Assembly (NCBI GenBank): GCA_017472285.1
Contig: JAFUQQ010000012.1
Coordinates: 2,051 to 66,050 of the forward strand
DNA from: Clostridia bacterium
Lineage (GTDB): Bacteria > Bacillota > Clostridia > Oscillospirales > CAG-272
DNA: 64,000 nt
Direction of reading: 5' to 3'
Shown in pieces: positions 55,160-64,000 of the stretch; the first letter of the stretch is position 1, and each line of letters starts with the position of its first letter. The notes beneath the pieces were generated by a model, which was not told the DNA's origin, searched no databases, and saw only the letters and a program-made list of their open reading frames with translations. A program made the position numbers and the translations under genes.

Positions 55160-55188
55160 TTGACATTTTGAAAGGAATGTGATATTAT
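55160..55188 (+). promoter_or_regulatory. tRNA operon promoter with A/T-rich UP-like region
   Basis: TTGACA (55160-55165), 17 nt, TATTAT (55183-55188). Preceded by repeated CAAAAAATTT tracts. Confidence 0.6.
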
Positions 55189-55220
55189 ATATGAGCGGTC
55201 GACAGAGAGCCGCCCATATT

Positions 55221-55294
55221 GCGGGTGTAGTTCAATGGTAGAACTCCAGCCTTCCAAGCTGGTCGCGTGGGTTCGATTCCCATCATCCGCTCCA
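55221..55294 (+). tRNA. tRNA-Gly (anticodon UCC)
   Basis: Acceptor GCGGGTG/CATCCGC, TAGTTCAATGGTA D-arm, anticodon loop CTTCCAA, GGTTCGATTCC T-arm, encoded CCA. Confidence 0.9.
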
Positions 55295-55302
55295 TAATAT
55301 TT

Positions 55303-55379
55303 GTGCCTTTAGCTCAGCTGGATAGAGCAACTGCCTTCTAAGCAGTAGGTCGGGGGTTCGAGTCCCTCAAGGCACGCCA
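55303..55379 (+). tRNA. tRNA-Arg (anticodon UCU)
   Basis: Acceptor GTGCCTT/AAGGCAC, TAGCTCAGCTGGATAGAGC D-arm, anticodon loop CTTCTAA, GGTTCGAGTCC T-arm, encoded CCA. Confidence 0.9.
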
Positions 55380-55393
55380 TTCCTTCAATATAT

Positions 55394-55471
55394 GGTGGAT
55401 ATAGCTCAGCTGGTTAGAGCGCCAGGTTGTGGCCCTGGAGGTCGTCGGTTCGAACCCGATTATCCACCCCA
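55394..55471 (+). tRNA. tRNA-His (anticodon GUG, with G-1)
   Basis: Extra 5' G pairing with C73, anticodon loop TTGTGGC, GGTTCGAACCC T-arm, encoded CCA. Confidence 0.9.
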
Positions 55472-55476
55472 GATCA

Positions 55477-55503
55477 AAGCACTTGCTTAGGCAAGTGCTT
55501 TTT
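55477..55503 (+). terminator. rho-independent terminator of the tRNA operon
   Basis: AAGCACTTGC-TTAG-GCAAGTGCTT followed by TTT. Confidence 0.75.
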
Positions 55504-55649
55504 GCTTTATCGTTCCCAATGAAAAAAAGATATAGATTGGATTTGGGGGGGACATGAGGTTTGCTGAAAAAGGTGCGCCCATCGAGAAAGCTTTTTGAAG
55601 GGATTTAAAAAGGGGAACTTTTTCTCGAAAAAGTTCCCCTTTTTATTTG

Positions 55650-56459
55650 TTATCCCTTACAATTTTTCCACGGTGTGTTGACAAGCCCGATTTCTTTGAA
55701 ATCTTCAAAATGATGACGGATGATATGATCGATATACGAAACTACCATCTTTGCCGTGAGCGCGTAACCGCAAGCATTCAGATGTCCGTTCAGATAAAAT
55801 TTTTCCTTGAATGATTCATCGTAAACAGGAGCGTATTTCCGTAGATCAATGACGTAAGCATTGGAAAAATAAGAAGCAAAATCATACATAAGCGCAGAAT
55901 GAGCGTCTTTCAGTGCTTGTAACGGTTGACGGTTGTGTTCTTCGGGCATCGTCATGAAGAAAAATTTCGCGTCGGGAGCGATCATTTTGAGCCTTTGTAC
56001 GATCATCGCATAATAGCCCGCAAACGTCGGTCTGTTCCTGCGGTAATCCTCCGCGCAAATATCCTCCAAAGAACCGATCTCATCATGATTATTCAGAATA
56101 TCGTTGACACCGAGCGCAATGATATACGCTTTGCATTTCTTTTCGGGATTCCAGAAATCTTTTTCATTCGCAAAGGTTTCCATATATTGCTTCGCATTCA
56201 TGCCGCCACGTGAAAAATTATAGACAGTAATCCCCGCCATACGCGCCATGAATTGCCCCCATGAATAATCAAAAACATCATAATAATGATGTCCTCCTTC
56301 ACGATCAAGCGTTTCAAATTCACCCGAGGAAAGACTGTCGCCGATACAGCCGACGGTGCGTAAAATGCCGCAAAGACCGCCGTCTTCACAAAGTACGTCC
56401 AACGGCTTTTCTTCGGGATTCGTTAAGTTTTCCATGTATTCTTTGATATTCATATGCAT
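55650..56459 (-). CDS. SGNH/GDSL-family hydrolase
   Basis: Block I VGCIGDSLSSGEF, block III ALGVNDI. Confidence 0.75.
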   Translation of the reverse strand: MHMNIKEYMENLTNPEEKPLDVLCEDGGLCGILRTVGCIGDSLSSGEFETLDREGGHHYYDVFDYSWGQFMARMAGITVYNFSRGGMNAKQYMETFANEKDFWNPEKKCKAYIIALGVNDILNNHDEIGSLEDICAEDYRRNRPTFAGYYAMIVQRLKMIAPDAKFFFMTMPEEHNRQPLQALKDAHSALMYDFASYFSNAYVIDLRKYAPVYDESFKEKFYLNGHLNACGYALTAKMVVSYIDHIIRHHFEDFKEIGLVNTPWKNCKG

Positions 56460-56613
56460 TCTCCTGTTTTGATTGATACTTTATTATAAAATGAAATAGG
56501 GAAGCGGTCAAGGCGATTTTTGGAAAATCTCGCTTTTTGTATTGAAATAATGCCCAAATTATGATATACTAAATATAATCCACATATAAAGCAGAGAGAA
56601 GGAGCTTTGATTT

Positions 56614-57630
56614 ATGGGCAGATATGCAATTTACGGCGCAGGATCACTGGGAACGGTGCTCGGCGCATATATCACTAAAAACGGAGGTACGATCGATCTG
56701 ATCAACCGCAACCGTGCGCACGTTGCCGCTCTGAACGAAAAAGGTGCGAAAATTACGGGTACTGTGGAAATGACGGTTCCTGTCAAAGCCATAACGCCCG
56801 ATCAGATGAACGGAAAATACGATATCATCCTTTTGATGACCAAACAGCTCTATAATACCGAAGTCGTAACGATGCTGAAAGATTATCTTTCGGAAAACGG
56901 CGTGATCGTGACCTTGCAGAACGGTCTTCCCGAACCGAAGATCGCAGAGATCGTCGGCGCATCTCATACGATGGGGTGCGTTGTGGAATGGGGTGCGGCA
57001 CTGATTGCTCCTGGTGTTTGTGAATTGACAAGTGTTCCCGACAGCCTTTCTTTCCATATGGGCAAAATGGACGGTATTTCCGATGCACAGTTCAGCGAAG
57101 TCAAAGCATTGCTTGAAAAAATGTGTCCCGTTCATGAGGAAACAAATCTCATCGGCGCACGTTGGTCTAAACTTTTGATCAATGCGACGTTTTCGGGACT
57201 TGGAACCGTCGTTGGCGGCGCATTCGGTGACGTTTCCGAAAATAAGGATGCAAAAAAGATCGCTGTCCGTTGCATGAAAGAATGTATCGACGTGGGTCAC
57301 GCGGCGGGCGCGGTCTTCGCACCCGTGCAAGGTAAGGATATTACAAAGCTTTTCTATTATAAAAATAAACTCAAATATACCTTTGCTCTGTTCTTGCTTC
57401 CGATCGCCATGAAAAAACACCGTGCGATCGTTCCGTCCATGCTTCAGGATATCCGCAACGGAAAACCTTGTGAAATCGATGCCATCAACGGTATCGTTTG
57501 TGAAAATGGCAAACAGTACGGTGTGAAAACACCGATCAATGACAGGATTGTTTCCGTCATCAAGAGGATCGAAGCGGGGGAACTCAAAGCAGAGGCTTCC
57601 AATATCCGTCTTTTTGATGATCTTCTGTAA
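56614..57630 (+). CDS. ketopantoate reductase (PanE/ApbA) family oxidoreductase
   Basis: N-terminal Rossmann YAIYGAGSLGTVLGAYI, LQNGL, and C-terminal SMLQDIRNGKPCEIDAINGIV. Confidence 0.8.
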   Translation: MGRYAIYGAGSLGTVLGAYITKNGGTIDLINRNRAHVAALNEKGAKITGTVEMTVPVKAITPDQMNGKYDIILLMTKQLYNTEVVTMLKDYLSENGVIVTLQNGLPEPKIAEIVGASHTMGCVVEWGAALIAPGVCELTSVPDSLSFHMGKMDGISDAQFSEVKALLEKMCPVHEETNLIGARWSKLLINATFSGLGTVVGGAFGDVSENKDAKKIAVRCMKECIDVGHAAGAVFAPVQGKDITKLFYYKNKLKYTFALFLLPIAMKKHRAIVPSMLQDIRNGKPCEIDAINGIVCENGKQYGVKTPINDRIVSVIKRIEAGELKAEASNIRLFDDLL

Positions 57631-57651
57631 TTGGAAAGCGAGGATTTTTGT

Positions 57652-58443
57652 ATGTCAAACGTAAAGATCGTGACCTATAATCTGCGAAACGTATGGCTTT
57701 GGACAAAAGAGGGCATTAACTGTTTTGCTTTTCGCGCGGGTCTTGTTTACGATAAGATCGGCCGTGAAAAGCCCGACGTGATTGCCTTCCAGGAAATAGT
57801 GCCCACACATCTGGACATATTGCAGAAGCTGCTTCCCGAATATGAATTTTACGGACAGTATCGCAATGCGGATTACACGGGCGAGGGACTCTATACGGCG
57901 ATCCGTAAAGAAAATTTTCAACTCATTTCCTATGAAACTTTCTGGATCAGTCCCACACCTTTCGTTTCCGGCTCACGTTTTCCCAATCAGAGCGATTGCC
58001 CGCGTATTTGTGTCGTGACGACTGTTCGCCACAGAGAAAGCGGAAAGATGCTCCGTCTTTATAATATCCATCTCGATCATATCTCCGATGCGGCGCGTAT
58101 CGAAGGTATCCAATGCGTACTTGCGCAGATGCGAAGAATCAATGAAACGACGTTTGAAGCACCAACGCTGATTCTTGGTGATTATAACGCAAGACCCGAA
58201 AGCGAAACCATCCGTTTTTGCTGTGAGCATCAGGAGCCCGTGATTAAGGATATCACATCGCATATTGAAAATACTTGTCATGATTATGGCAAACAGGTTC
58301 TGAAGATCGATTACATTTTCGTTTCCGAAGATCTGGAAAAAGCGGTCGTGACGGCAGATACCTGGAAAACCTGTTTCAACGGTGTCTATCTTTCCGATCA
58401 TTATCCCGTTTTTGCCGATATCGACCTTGATAAAATCGGCTGA
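57652..58443 (+). CDS. endonuclease/exonuclease/phosphatase (EEP) family protein, paralog 1
   Basis: GAGGA RBS then ATG 57652. KIVTYNLR...PDVIAFQE...ILGDYNARPES...IDYIFVS...LSDHYPVFADI. Confidence 0.8.
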   Translation: MSNVKIVTYNLRNVWLWTKEGINCFAFRAGLVYDKIGREKPDVIAFQEIVPTHLDILQKLLPEYEFYGQYRNADYTGEGLYTAIRKENFQLISYETFWISPTPFVSGSRFPNQSDCPRICVVTTVRHRESGKMLRLYNIHLDHISDAARIEGIQCVLAQMRRINETTFEAPTLILGDYNARPESETIRFCCEHQEPVIKDITSHIENTCHDYGKQVLKIDYIFVSEDLEKAVVTADTWKTCFNGVYLSDHYPVFADIDLDKIG

Positions 58444-58477
58444 TGTTTGAACGATATTCAATGAAATGAGGAACATC

Positions 58478-59269
58478 ATGTCAACTGTAAAAATCGTTAC
58501 ATATAATTTGAGATACGTATGGCTTTGGACGAGCGAGGGGATCAATAACTTTGCATTTCGCGCGGGGCTTATCTATGACAAGATCAGCAAAGAAAAACCC
58601 GATGTGATCGCGTTTCAGGAGGTCGTGCCGACACATCTCAACATATTGCAAAAATTACTTCCCGAATATGAATTTTACGGTCATTACCGCAATGCTGATT
58701 ATACGGGCGAAGGACTTTATACCGCGATTCGCAAGGAAAGTTTTCAGCTCATCGCATATGAAACTTTCTGGTTAAGTCCGACACCGTTTATTCCCGGCTC
58801 CCGTTTTCCCGATCAGAGCAATAATCCGCGTATGTGCGTCGTGACGACCGTGCGCCATCAGCAACAGAATCGGATGCTTCGCCTTTATAATATCCATCTG
58901 GATGATATTTCGGATGCGGCGCGCATCGAGGGAATCAAATGTGTTTTATCTCAGATGAAACGCATCAATGATACTACAGTGGCTTTGCCTTCATTGATTT
59001 TGGGCGACTATAATGCAATACCCGAAAGTGAAACCATCCGTTTCTGCTGTGAGAACAAAACTCCCGTTATCAAAGATATTACGGAGCATATTGAAATGAC
59101 GTATCATGATTACGGTCGGGCGGCACAAAAAATCGATTATATTTTTGCAACGGAAGATATCGTGAAAGCGGTTGAAAAGGCTGATATCTGGAAAACCTGT
59201 TTCAACGGTGTCTATCTTTCCGACCATTATCCCGTTTTTGCCGATATCGACCTTGATAAAATCGGTTGA
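58478..59269 (+). CDS. EEP family protein, paralog 2 (tandem duplicate)
   Basis: GAGGAA RBS then ATG 58478. Same motif set as paralog 1. The last ~85 nt are nearly identical to paralog 1. Confidence 0.8.
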   Translation: MSTVKIVTYNLRYVWLWTSEGINNFAFRAGLIYDKISKEKPDVIAFQEVVPTHLNILQKLLPEYEFYGHYRNADYTGEGLYTAIRKESFQLIAYETFWLSPTPFIPGSRFPDQSNNPRMCVVTTVRHQQQNRMLRLYNIHLDDISDAARIEGIKCVLSQMKRINDTTVALPSLILGDYNAIPESETIRFCCENKTPVIKDITEHIEMTYHDYGRAAQKIDYIFATEDIVKAVEKADIWKTCFNGVYLSDHYPVFADIDLDKIG

Positions 59270-59344
59270 TGTTTATACTTTGAGCGATATTCAAAAAATA
59301 CAAAAATAAAAATTGAACGATATTCAATAGAAAGAGGAATCATT

Positions 59345-59911
59345 ATGGCTGAAAACAAAAAGAACCTTTATGAAAGCTTCAAAGAAATCCAAGTCGGCAG
59401 AGAAGAAATCTTTGACGGCGTGATCGTCCACCTCGTTCGTGATACCGTTATCATTCCGAACGGTTCCAGAGCAACACGCGAAGTTTGTCTGCATCACGGC
59501 GCGGTCTGCATCGTTCCGATTACGGATGAAGGTGAGATCGTTATGGAACGTCAATTCCGTTATCCTTTTGGCAAAGTGCTTTGGGAAATTCCCGCAGGCA
59601 AGCTCGATAAAGATGAATTTGACCATCTGGAAGCGGCAAAACGTGAATTGCGTGAAGAAACCGGCTATACGGCTGAAAACTTTACGTTCATCGGTGAATA
59701 TTATCCTTCTCCCGCGATTCTCAGCGAAAGCATTCATATGTACGTTGCAACCGGACTGAAAAAAGGCGAACAGGATCTTGACGAAGATGAATTCCTCGAT
59801 GTTTCCAAGATTCCCTTTGATGATGTTGTAAAGATGATCCTCAACAATGAAATCACAGACGGTAAGACACAGGCGGCTGTCCTCAAAGCAAAACTCCTTC
59901 TCGGTAAATAA
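59345..59911 (+). CDS. NUDIX hydrolase (ADP-ribose pyrophosphatase-like)
   Basis: Nudix box GKLDKDEFDHLEAAKRELREETGY. Confidence 0.85.
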   Translation: MAENKKNLYESFKEIQVGREEIFDGVIVHLVRDTVIIPNGSRATREVCLHHGAVCIVPITDEGEIVMERQFRYPFGKVLWEIPAGKLDKDEFDHLEAAKRELREETGYTAENFTFIGEYYPSPAILSESIHMYVATGLKKGEQDLDEDEFLDVSKIPFDDVVKMILNNEITDGKTQAAVLKAKLLLGK

Positions 59912-59920
59912 TGCGTTGTA

Positions 59921-59949
59921 AAGCGGACGGGTTTTCTGTCCGCTTTTTT
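59921..59949 (+). terminator. rho-independent terminator
   Basis: AAGCGGAC / GTCCGCTT stem followed by TTTT. Confidence 0.75.
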
Positions 59950-59996
59950 ACAGGAATTGGGGAGGCGGCGAGTCGCCGTCGGAAAGGAAATTTTTT

Positions 59997-61061
59997 ATGA
60001 TCGTTACAAGAGAAATGGGAACGGTGCTTCGTGATACCACGATGGAATCACCCGTATATATTGACGTGCGGAAAGAACCGATGACGTTGCACGGTTTTTC
60101 GGAACCTTTTCGCCGTATTCCGCAGGCAGTCGCTGAGAGGACGAGTGAATGTATTTCAAGGCTTTCCCGTGTGACAGCGGGCGGCAGAGTGCGGTTCCGC
60201 ACAACTTCTGATTTTATCGTTGTTCATGCAGAAGTGATCTCTGCATCAACTTCTGCCAATTCTGCACCCAATGCAAGCACAAGCTTTGATATTTATTTCA
60301 AGGAGGACGGAAAACATCGTTTCCGCGGTGTTTTCACCCCGTCGCAAGGTGAGGGAAAGAGCTACGTGGAGAGCCGTCTGAAATTTCATAATCATGAATG
60401 GAAGGACGTGATCGTTTATTTTCCTTTGAATGCATCTTTGTCAGAGGTTTATATTGGTCTGCGGGAGGGAAGTGAACTGGATTATGCAAGCGCATATACC
60501 TATCCGAAGCCTGTCGTTTTCTATGGTTCTTCGATCGTGCATGGCGGCGGTTCGCGTTCGAGCTCTCCGTATTCTTCCGTACTTTCAAGAAGATTGGATA
60601 CGGAATTTATCAATCTCGGTTTTGGCGGCGGTGCGAAAGCGGAAAAAGAGATCATGGAATATATTGCGGGATTGGATATGAGTGTTTTCGTTTATGATTA
60701 CGATCATAACGCGCCGACTTTGGAATACCTCCGTGATACGCATTATGAAGGTTATAAAATTTTCCGCAGCAAACAGCCAAAAACCCCTGTTGTCATGGCA
60801 TCCCGTCCGGACTATTGGTCACGTAATTTTGCGCTCGAATATTATAGCGTTGAAGAAACGGAAAAACGCCGCCGTTTGATCGAGGATCATTATAAACGCG
60901 CGCGCGCCGAGGGCGATGACAACGTATATTTCGTTGACGGTTCGCTGATGTTTCCCGAAGCACTTCGGGATGAATGTACATCGGACGGTTGTCATCCGAA
61001 TGATCTCGGTTATCATTTCATGGCGGATGCTTTTGAAAAGGTGCTGAAAAAAGTACTCTGA
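59997..61061 (+). CDS. SGNH/GDSL-family hydrolase with N-terminal beta-rich domain
   Basis: VVFYGSSIVHGGG (block I-like) and DGCHPNDLGY (DxxH block V). Confidence 0.7.
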   Translation: MIVTREMGTVLRDTTMESPVYIDVRKEPMTLHGFSEPFRRIPQAVAERTSECISRLSRVTAGGRVRFRTTSDFIVVHAEVISASTSANSAPNASTSFDIYFKEDGKHRFRGVFTPSQGEGKSYVESRLKFHNHEWKDVIVYFPLNASLSEVYIGLREGSELDYASAYTYPKPVVFYGSSIVHGGGSRSSSPYSSVLSRRLDTEFINLGFGGGAKAEKEIMEYIAGLDMSVFVYDYDHNAPTLEYLRDTHYEGYKIFRSKQPKTPVVMASRPDYWSRNFALEYYSVEETEKRRRLIEDHYKRARAEGDDNVYFVDGSLMFPEALRDECTSDGCHPNDLGYHFMADAFEKVLKKVL

Positions 61062-61171
61062 AAAACTCTGTTTTTTTTCATCGATATTGACAATACTATC
61101 GAAAAGTGATAAAATAAATCCCATAAATTAGTATTTTCAAGCTGTTTTTCCGACAGCAGATAGGAGTTTAT

Positions 61172-62158
61172 ATGAGTATTCGTGTTGGTATTTTCGGTTA
61201 CGGCAATCTTGGACGCGGTGTGGAATGTGCGCTCCGTCAGAACGGGGATATGGAGCTTGTTGCCGTATTCACGCGCCGTGACCCTTCGACAGTCAGGATT
61301 TTGACGGAAAATGTTCCCGTTTATCATGCGGATGATGCGATGAAAATGGCAGACAAGATCGACGTGATGATTCTTTGCGGCGGCAGTGCAACGGACCTTC
61401 CCGTGCAGACACCCGCGCTTGCAAAACTTTATAATGTCATTGACAGCTTTGATACACACGCTAAAATTCCCGAACATTTCGCAAACGTGGATAAAGCGGC
61501 TTCCGAAGCGGGCAATGTTGCCATTATTTCAGTGGGTTGGGATCCCGGTCTGTTCTCGCTCAATCGTCTGTATGGCGGTGCGATTCTTCCCGATGGCAAG
61601 GATTATACCTTCTGGGGCAAGGGTGTCAGCCAAGGTCATTCCGATGCGATCAGACGCGTGGAAGGTGTTAAGAATGGCAAGCAGTACACGATCCCTGTGG
61701 AAAGCGCGCTGGAAGCCGTTCGCAGCGGTGAAAACCCCGAATTGACAACAAGAGAAAAACATACGAGAGAATGTTTTGTCGTTGCGGAGGAGGGCGCAGA
61801 CAAGGCGCGTATCGAAGCGGAGATCAAAAATATGCCCAATTATTTTGCGGATTATGATACGACGGTACATTTCATTTCCGAAGAAGAATTGAAAGCCAAT
61901 CATAGCGGAATCCCACATGGCGGTTTCGTTATCCGTAGCGGTAAAACGGGCTGGAATCTGGAACATCAGCATATCATTGAATATAGCTTGAAGCTCGATT
62001 CCAATCCCGAATTTACGTCTTCCGTTCTCGTTGCGTATGCACGCGCGGCATATCGCTTGAAAAAAGAAGGCACTTGCGGTTGTAAGACGGTTCTGGATAT
62101 TGCACCTGCATATCTCAGCCCGAAATCCGCAGAGGAGCTTCGCGCATCCTTGCTCTAA
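61172..62158 (+). CDS. ddh: meso-diaminopimelate D-dehydrogenase
   Basis: MSIRVGIFGYGNLGRGVECALRQNGDMELVAVFTRRDP..., WDPGLFS, GVSQGHSDA. 328 aa, typical Ddh length and motifs. Confidence 0.85.
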   Translation: MSIRVGIFGYGNLGRGVECALRQNGDMELVAVFTRRDPSTVRILTENVPVYHADDAMKMADKIDVMILCGGSATDLPVQTPALAKLYNVIDSFDTHAKIPEHFANVDKAASEAGNVAIISVGWDPGLFSLNRLYGGAILPDGKDYTFWGKGVSQGHSDAIRRVEGVKNGKQYTIPVESALEAVRSGENPELTTREKHTRECFVVAEEGADKARIEAEIKNMPNYFADYDTTVHFISEEELKANHSGIPHGGFVIRSGKTGWNLEHQHIIEYSLKLDSNPEFTSSVLVAYARAAYRLKKEGTCGCKTVLDIAPAYLSPKSAEELRASLL

Positions 62159-62260
62159 GTGGGCAACGCCCACATGAAGTTGCTCGCCTAACGAAATTTT
62201 TCCATGTCCAAAAGAAGCAAAACGGCGAGGGCGGATTTTCTTAATTTCGTATAGTTAAAA

Positions 62261-62287
62261 AACGGCAGAAATTTCTGCCGTTTTTTC
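62261..62287 (+). terminator. rho-independent terminator
   Basis: ACGGCAGAAA / TTTCTGCCGT stem followed by TTTTTT. Confidence 0.75.
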
Positions 62288-62320
62288 ATATTTGGATACA
62301 GAAAAATTTCAAAAAATGTC

Positions 62321-62349
62321 TTGACAAATGGAAAACCATATGGTAATAT
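62321..62349 (+). promoter_or_regulatory. sigma-A type promoter
   Basis: TTGACA (62321-62326), 17 nt, TAATAT (62344-62349). Confidence 0.55.
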
Positions 62350-62389
62350 GAAATCGGAATTCCGAAATCACAACTTCAGGAGGGTAACG

Positions 62390-62803
62390 ATGAAAGCAAC
62401 TTACAATGATTTTTTAAAAGAACACGTCAATTGTTCAGGTCTTGCATCCAATGAAGATGCCAAAAAGGTATTTGATTTTCTGAATACCGATGAAACGATC
62501 ATTAAAATGATCGAATCTTCCGAACAGGGAAAACCCGCGCTTGCCGGTTGCGTAAACGAATTGGAAGCACTTTATGATGCGATGAACGCTCCAAAGATCA
62601 AATTCACCGAAGATTTCACAAGACAAGCTGTCGGCAGAATGATCAAAACCATCCTTGACCCGTTTGGTTATCGTGTGACGAAGAAAAAAGATATCAGCAG
62701 AGAAAAGAAAGCAAAATATTTCAAAGCCGCTTCCTGTTATGAAAAATTGGGTGAAGCCACGATGCGCGTTGTGAAACGGATTGAAATGATTGCGGAAAAT
62801 TAA
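62390..62803 (+). CDS. hypothetical protein
   Basis: AGGAGGG RBS then ATG 62390. 137 aa, no motif recognised. Confidence 0.5.
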   Translation: MKATYNDFLKEHVNCSGLASNEDAKKVFDFLNTDETIIKMIESSEQGKPALAGCVNELEALYDAMNAPKIKFTEDFTRQAVGRMIKTILDPFGYRVTKKKDISREKKAKYFKAASCYEKLGEATMRVVKRIEMIAEN

Positions 62804-62879
62804 GCTGAAAATACTTGATTTTTCTTTTGGTTTCCTTTATAATTTTCTTAACCAATAAAATAAAAAAGGAGATTTTCCT

Positions 62880-64000
62880 ATGAAGCTTACGTTTATGGGT
62901 GCGGGCAGTACCGTTTTTGCAAGAAACGTGATCGGTGACTGTCTTTGTTCTGAAATTCTGAGAGATAGTGTTTTCGCATTGTATGATATCGATGCGGAAC
63001 GCTTGGAACAAAGCCGTGTGATTCTCGAAGCAATGAGAACTTCTCTCGGCGGTTACGGTAAGATCGAATGTTATCACGGTGTTGAAAACCGCAAGGATGC
63101 GCTGCGCGGTGCGGATTTCGTTGTCAATGCGATTCAGGTCGGTCTTTATGATCCTTGCACGATCATTGACTTTGAAGTGCCGAAAAAATACGGTCTTCAT
63201 CAGACGATTGCAGATACGCTCGGTATTGGCGGTATCATGCGTGCGCTCCGCACGATCCCCGTGATGAAGGATTTTGCCGACGATATGGCAGAAGTTTGTC
63301 CGGATGCGCTTTTCCTTAACTATACGAATCCGATGGCGATGCTTTCCGGTTTCATGCAGAGATATACGCCCATTCAGACGGTCGGTCTTTGCCATAGCGT
63401 ACAGGTCTGCTCCGAGCATCTTCTCAAAGGTCTTGGCATGCATGAATACCTCGATGGCAGAAAAGAGAAGATCGCGGGTATCAATCATATGGGCTGGCTT
63501 CTCGAGATCAAAGATAAAAATGGTGTCGATCTTTATCCCGAGATCAAAAAGAGAGTTCCCGCAAAGCTTGCCGATCCTGATTGCAAAGATAAAGTCCGTC
63601 TGGATTATATCAATCATTTCGGCTATTATTGCACGGAATCTAGCGAACACAACGCGGAATATAATATGTTTTATATCAAATCCAAATATCCCGAACTCAT
63701 CGACCGTTACAATATTCCGCTGGATGAATATCCCAGACGCTGTGTGAATCAGATCGCGGGTTGGGAAAAAGAATACAAAGAGATTCTTGAAAATGGTGTG
63801 AAAGAACATAAGCGTTCTCACGAATATGCATCCCGTATCATGGAAGCCGTTATGACCGATACGCCCTATCAGATCGGCGGTAACGTCCTCAATAATGAAT
63901 TTTATATCAGCAATCTCCCTCGTGAAGCCTGTGTCGAGGTGCCTTGTATCGTCAAAGGCAACGGCATCAATCCGCTCCACGTCGGTGCTTTGCCCGTACA
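62880..64000 (+). CDS. GH4-family alpha-galactosidase/alpha-glucosidase (3' end outside window); not in ORF track
   Basis: AAAGGAG RBS then ATG 62880, open to the window edge. MKLTFMGAGSTVFARN (NAD fold), NYTNPMAM, GLCHSV, GINHMGW and ESSEHNAEY are classic GH4 motifs. Confidence 0.85.
   Translation, partial: MKLTFMGAGSTVFARNVIGDCLCSEILRDSVFALYDIDAERLEQSRVILEAMRTSLGGYGKIECYHGVENRKDALRGADFVVNAIQVGLYDPCTIIDFEVPKKYGLHQTIADTLGIGGIMRALRTIPVMKDFADDMAEVCPDALFLNYTNPMAMLSGFMQRYTPIQTVGLCHSVQVCSEHLLKGLGMHEYLDGRKEKIAGINHMGWLLEIKDKNGVDLYPEIKKRVPAKLADPDCKDKVRLDYINHFGYYCTESSEHNAEYNMFYIKSKYPELIDRYNIPLDEYPRRCVNQIAGWEKEYKEILENGVKEHKRSHEYASRIMEAVMTDTPYQIGGNVLNNEFYISNLPREACVEVPCIVKGNGINPLHVGALPV

Noticed and set aside
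56644-57420. 258-aa minus-strand ORF
   Set aside because: It is antisense to the PanE-like oxidoreductase, and its translation has no recognisable features.
61529-62173. 214-aa minus-strand ORF
   Set aside because: It is antisense to ddh, which is strongly supported by N-terminal Rossmann and family motifs.
62721-63980. 419-aa minus-strand ORF in the track
   Set aside because: It is the antisense shadow of the GH4 glycosidase gene (62880 onward, + strand), which has an RBS and classic GH4 motifs. The minus-strand translation is low-complexity (I/F/R/K-rich) with no motifs. The true gene is missing from the track only because it runs off the window.

Overview
Firmicutes (Clostridia-like) chromosomal window made of four blocks. 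(1) 1-656 is the 3' part of an IS66 transposase. About 0.9-14.1 kb is the transfer and mobilisation backbone of an integrated conjugative element of the C. difficile CD11xx type: Toprim/DUF3991, MobC, relaxase, PcfB, VirD4-like coupling protein, Maff2, VirB6-like, PrgI, VirB4 and a truncated CD1108-like gene. It carries two toxin-antitoxin-like pairs. (2) About 14.1-35.4 kb is a visibly AT-richer cargo island. It holds a sigma/anti-sigma module flanked by a duplicated ECF-type promoter/hairpin motif. It also holds a roughly 16-kb colinear radical-SAM RiPP cluster, the main candidate for a new system. That cluster encodes an M16 peptidase, two rSAM/SPASM enzymes, an HPr-kinase-like protein, three SCIFF-like Cys-rich precursors (one absent from the ORF track), two ABC exporters, an ACP, an FkbH-like enzyme and an NTP_transf_5-like protein. 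A MITE-like insertion and pseudogene debris lie within it. (3) 35.4-40.7 kb is the element end. It has an orphan MazF-like toxin, a promoter + ~260-nt structured RNA + terminator unit in front of a putative nuclease-toxin gene, one internally deleted large serine recombinase and one intact one. (4) 40.9-48.6 kb is AT-rich accessory DNA: a ROK regulator, IS256 debris, and a minus-strand array of small-enzyme gene cassettes separated by a conserved promoter/leader/hairpin module. 48.7-64 kb looks like core genome: a sigma-like protein, SGNH hydrolases, a tRNA-Gly/Arg/His operon, a panE-like gene, tandem EEP paralogs, a NUDIX gene, ddh, and a GH4 glycosidase running off the window. All family calls rest on motif recognition by eye. 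No database search was run.
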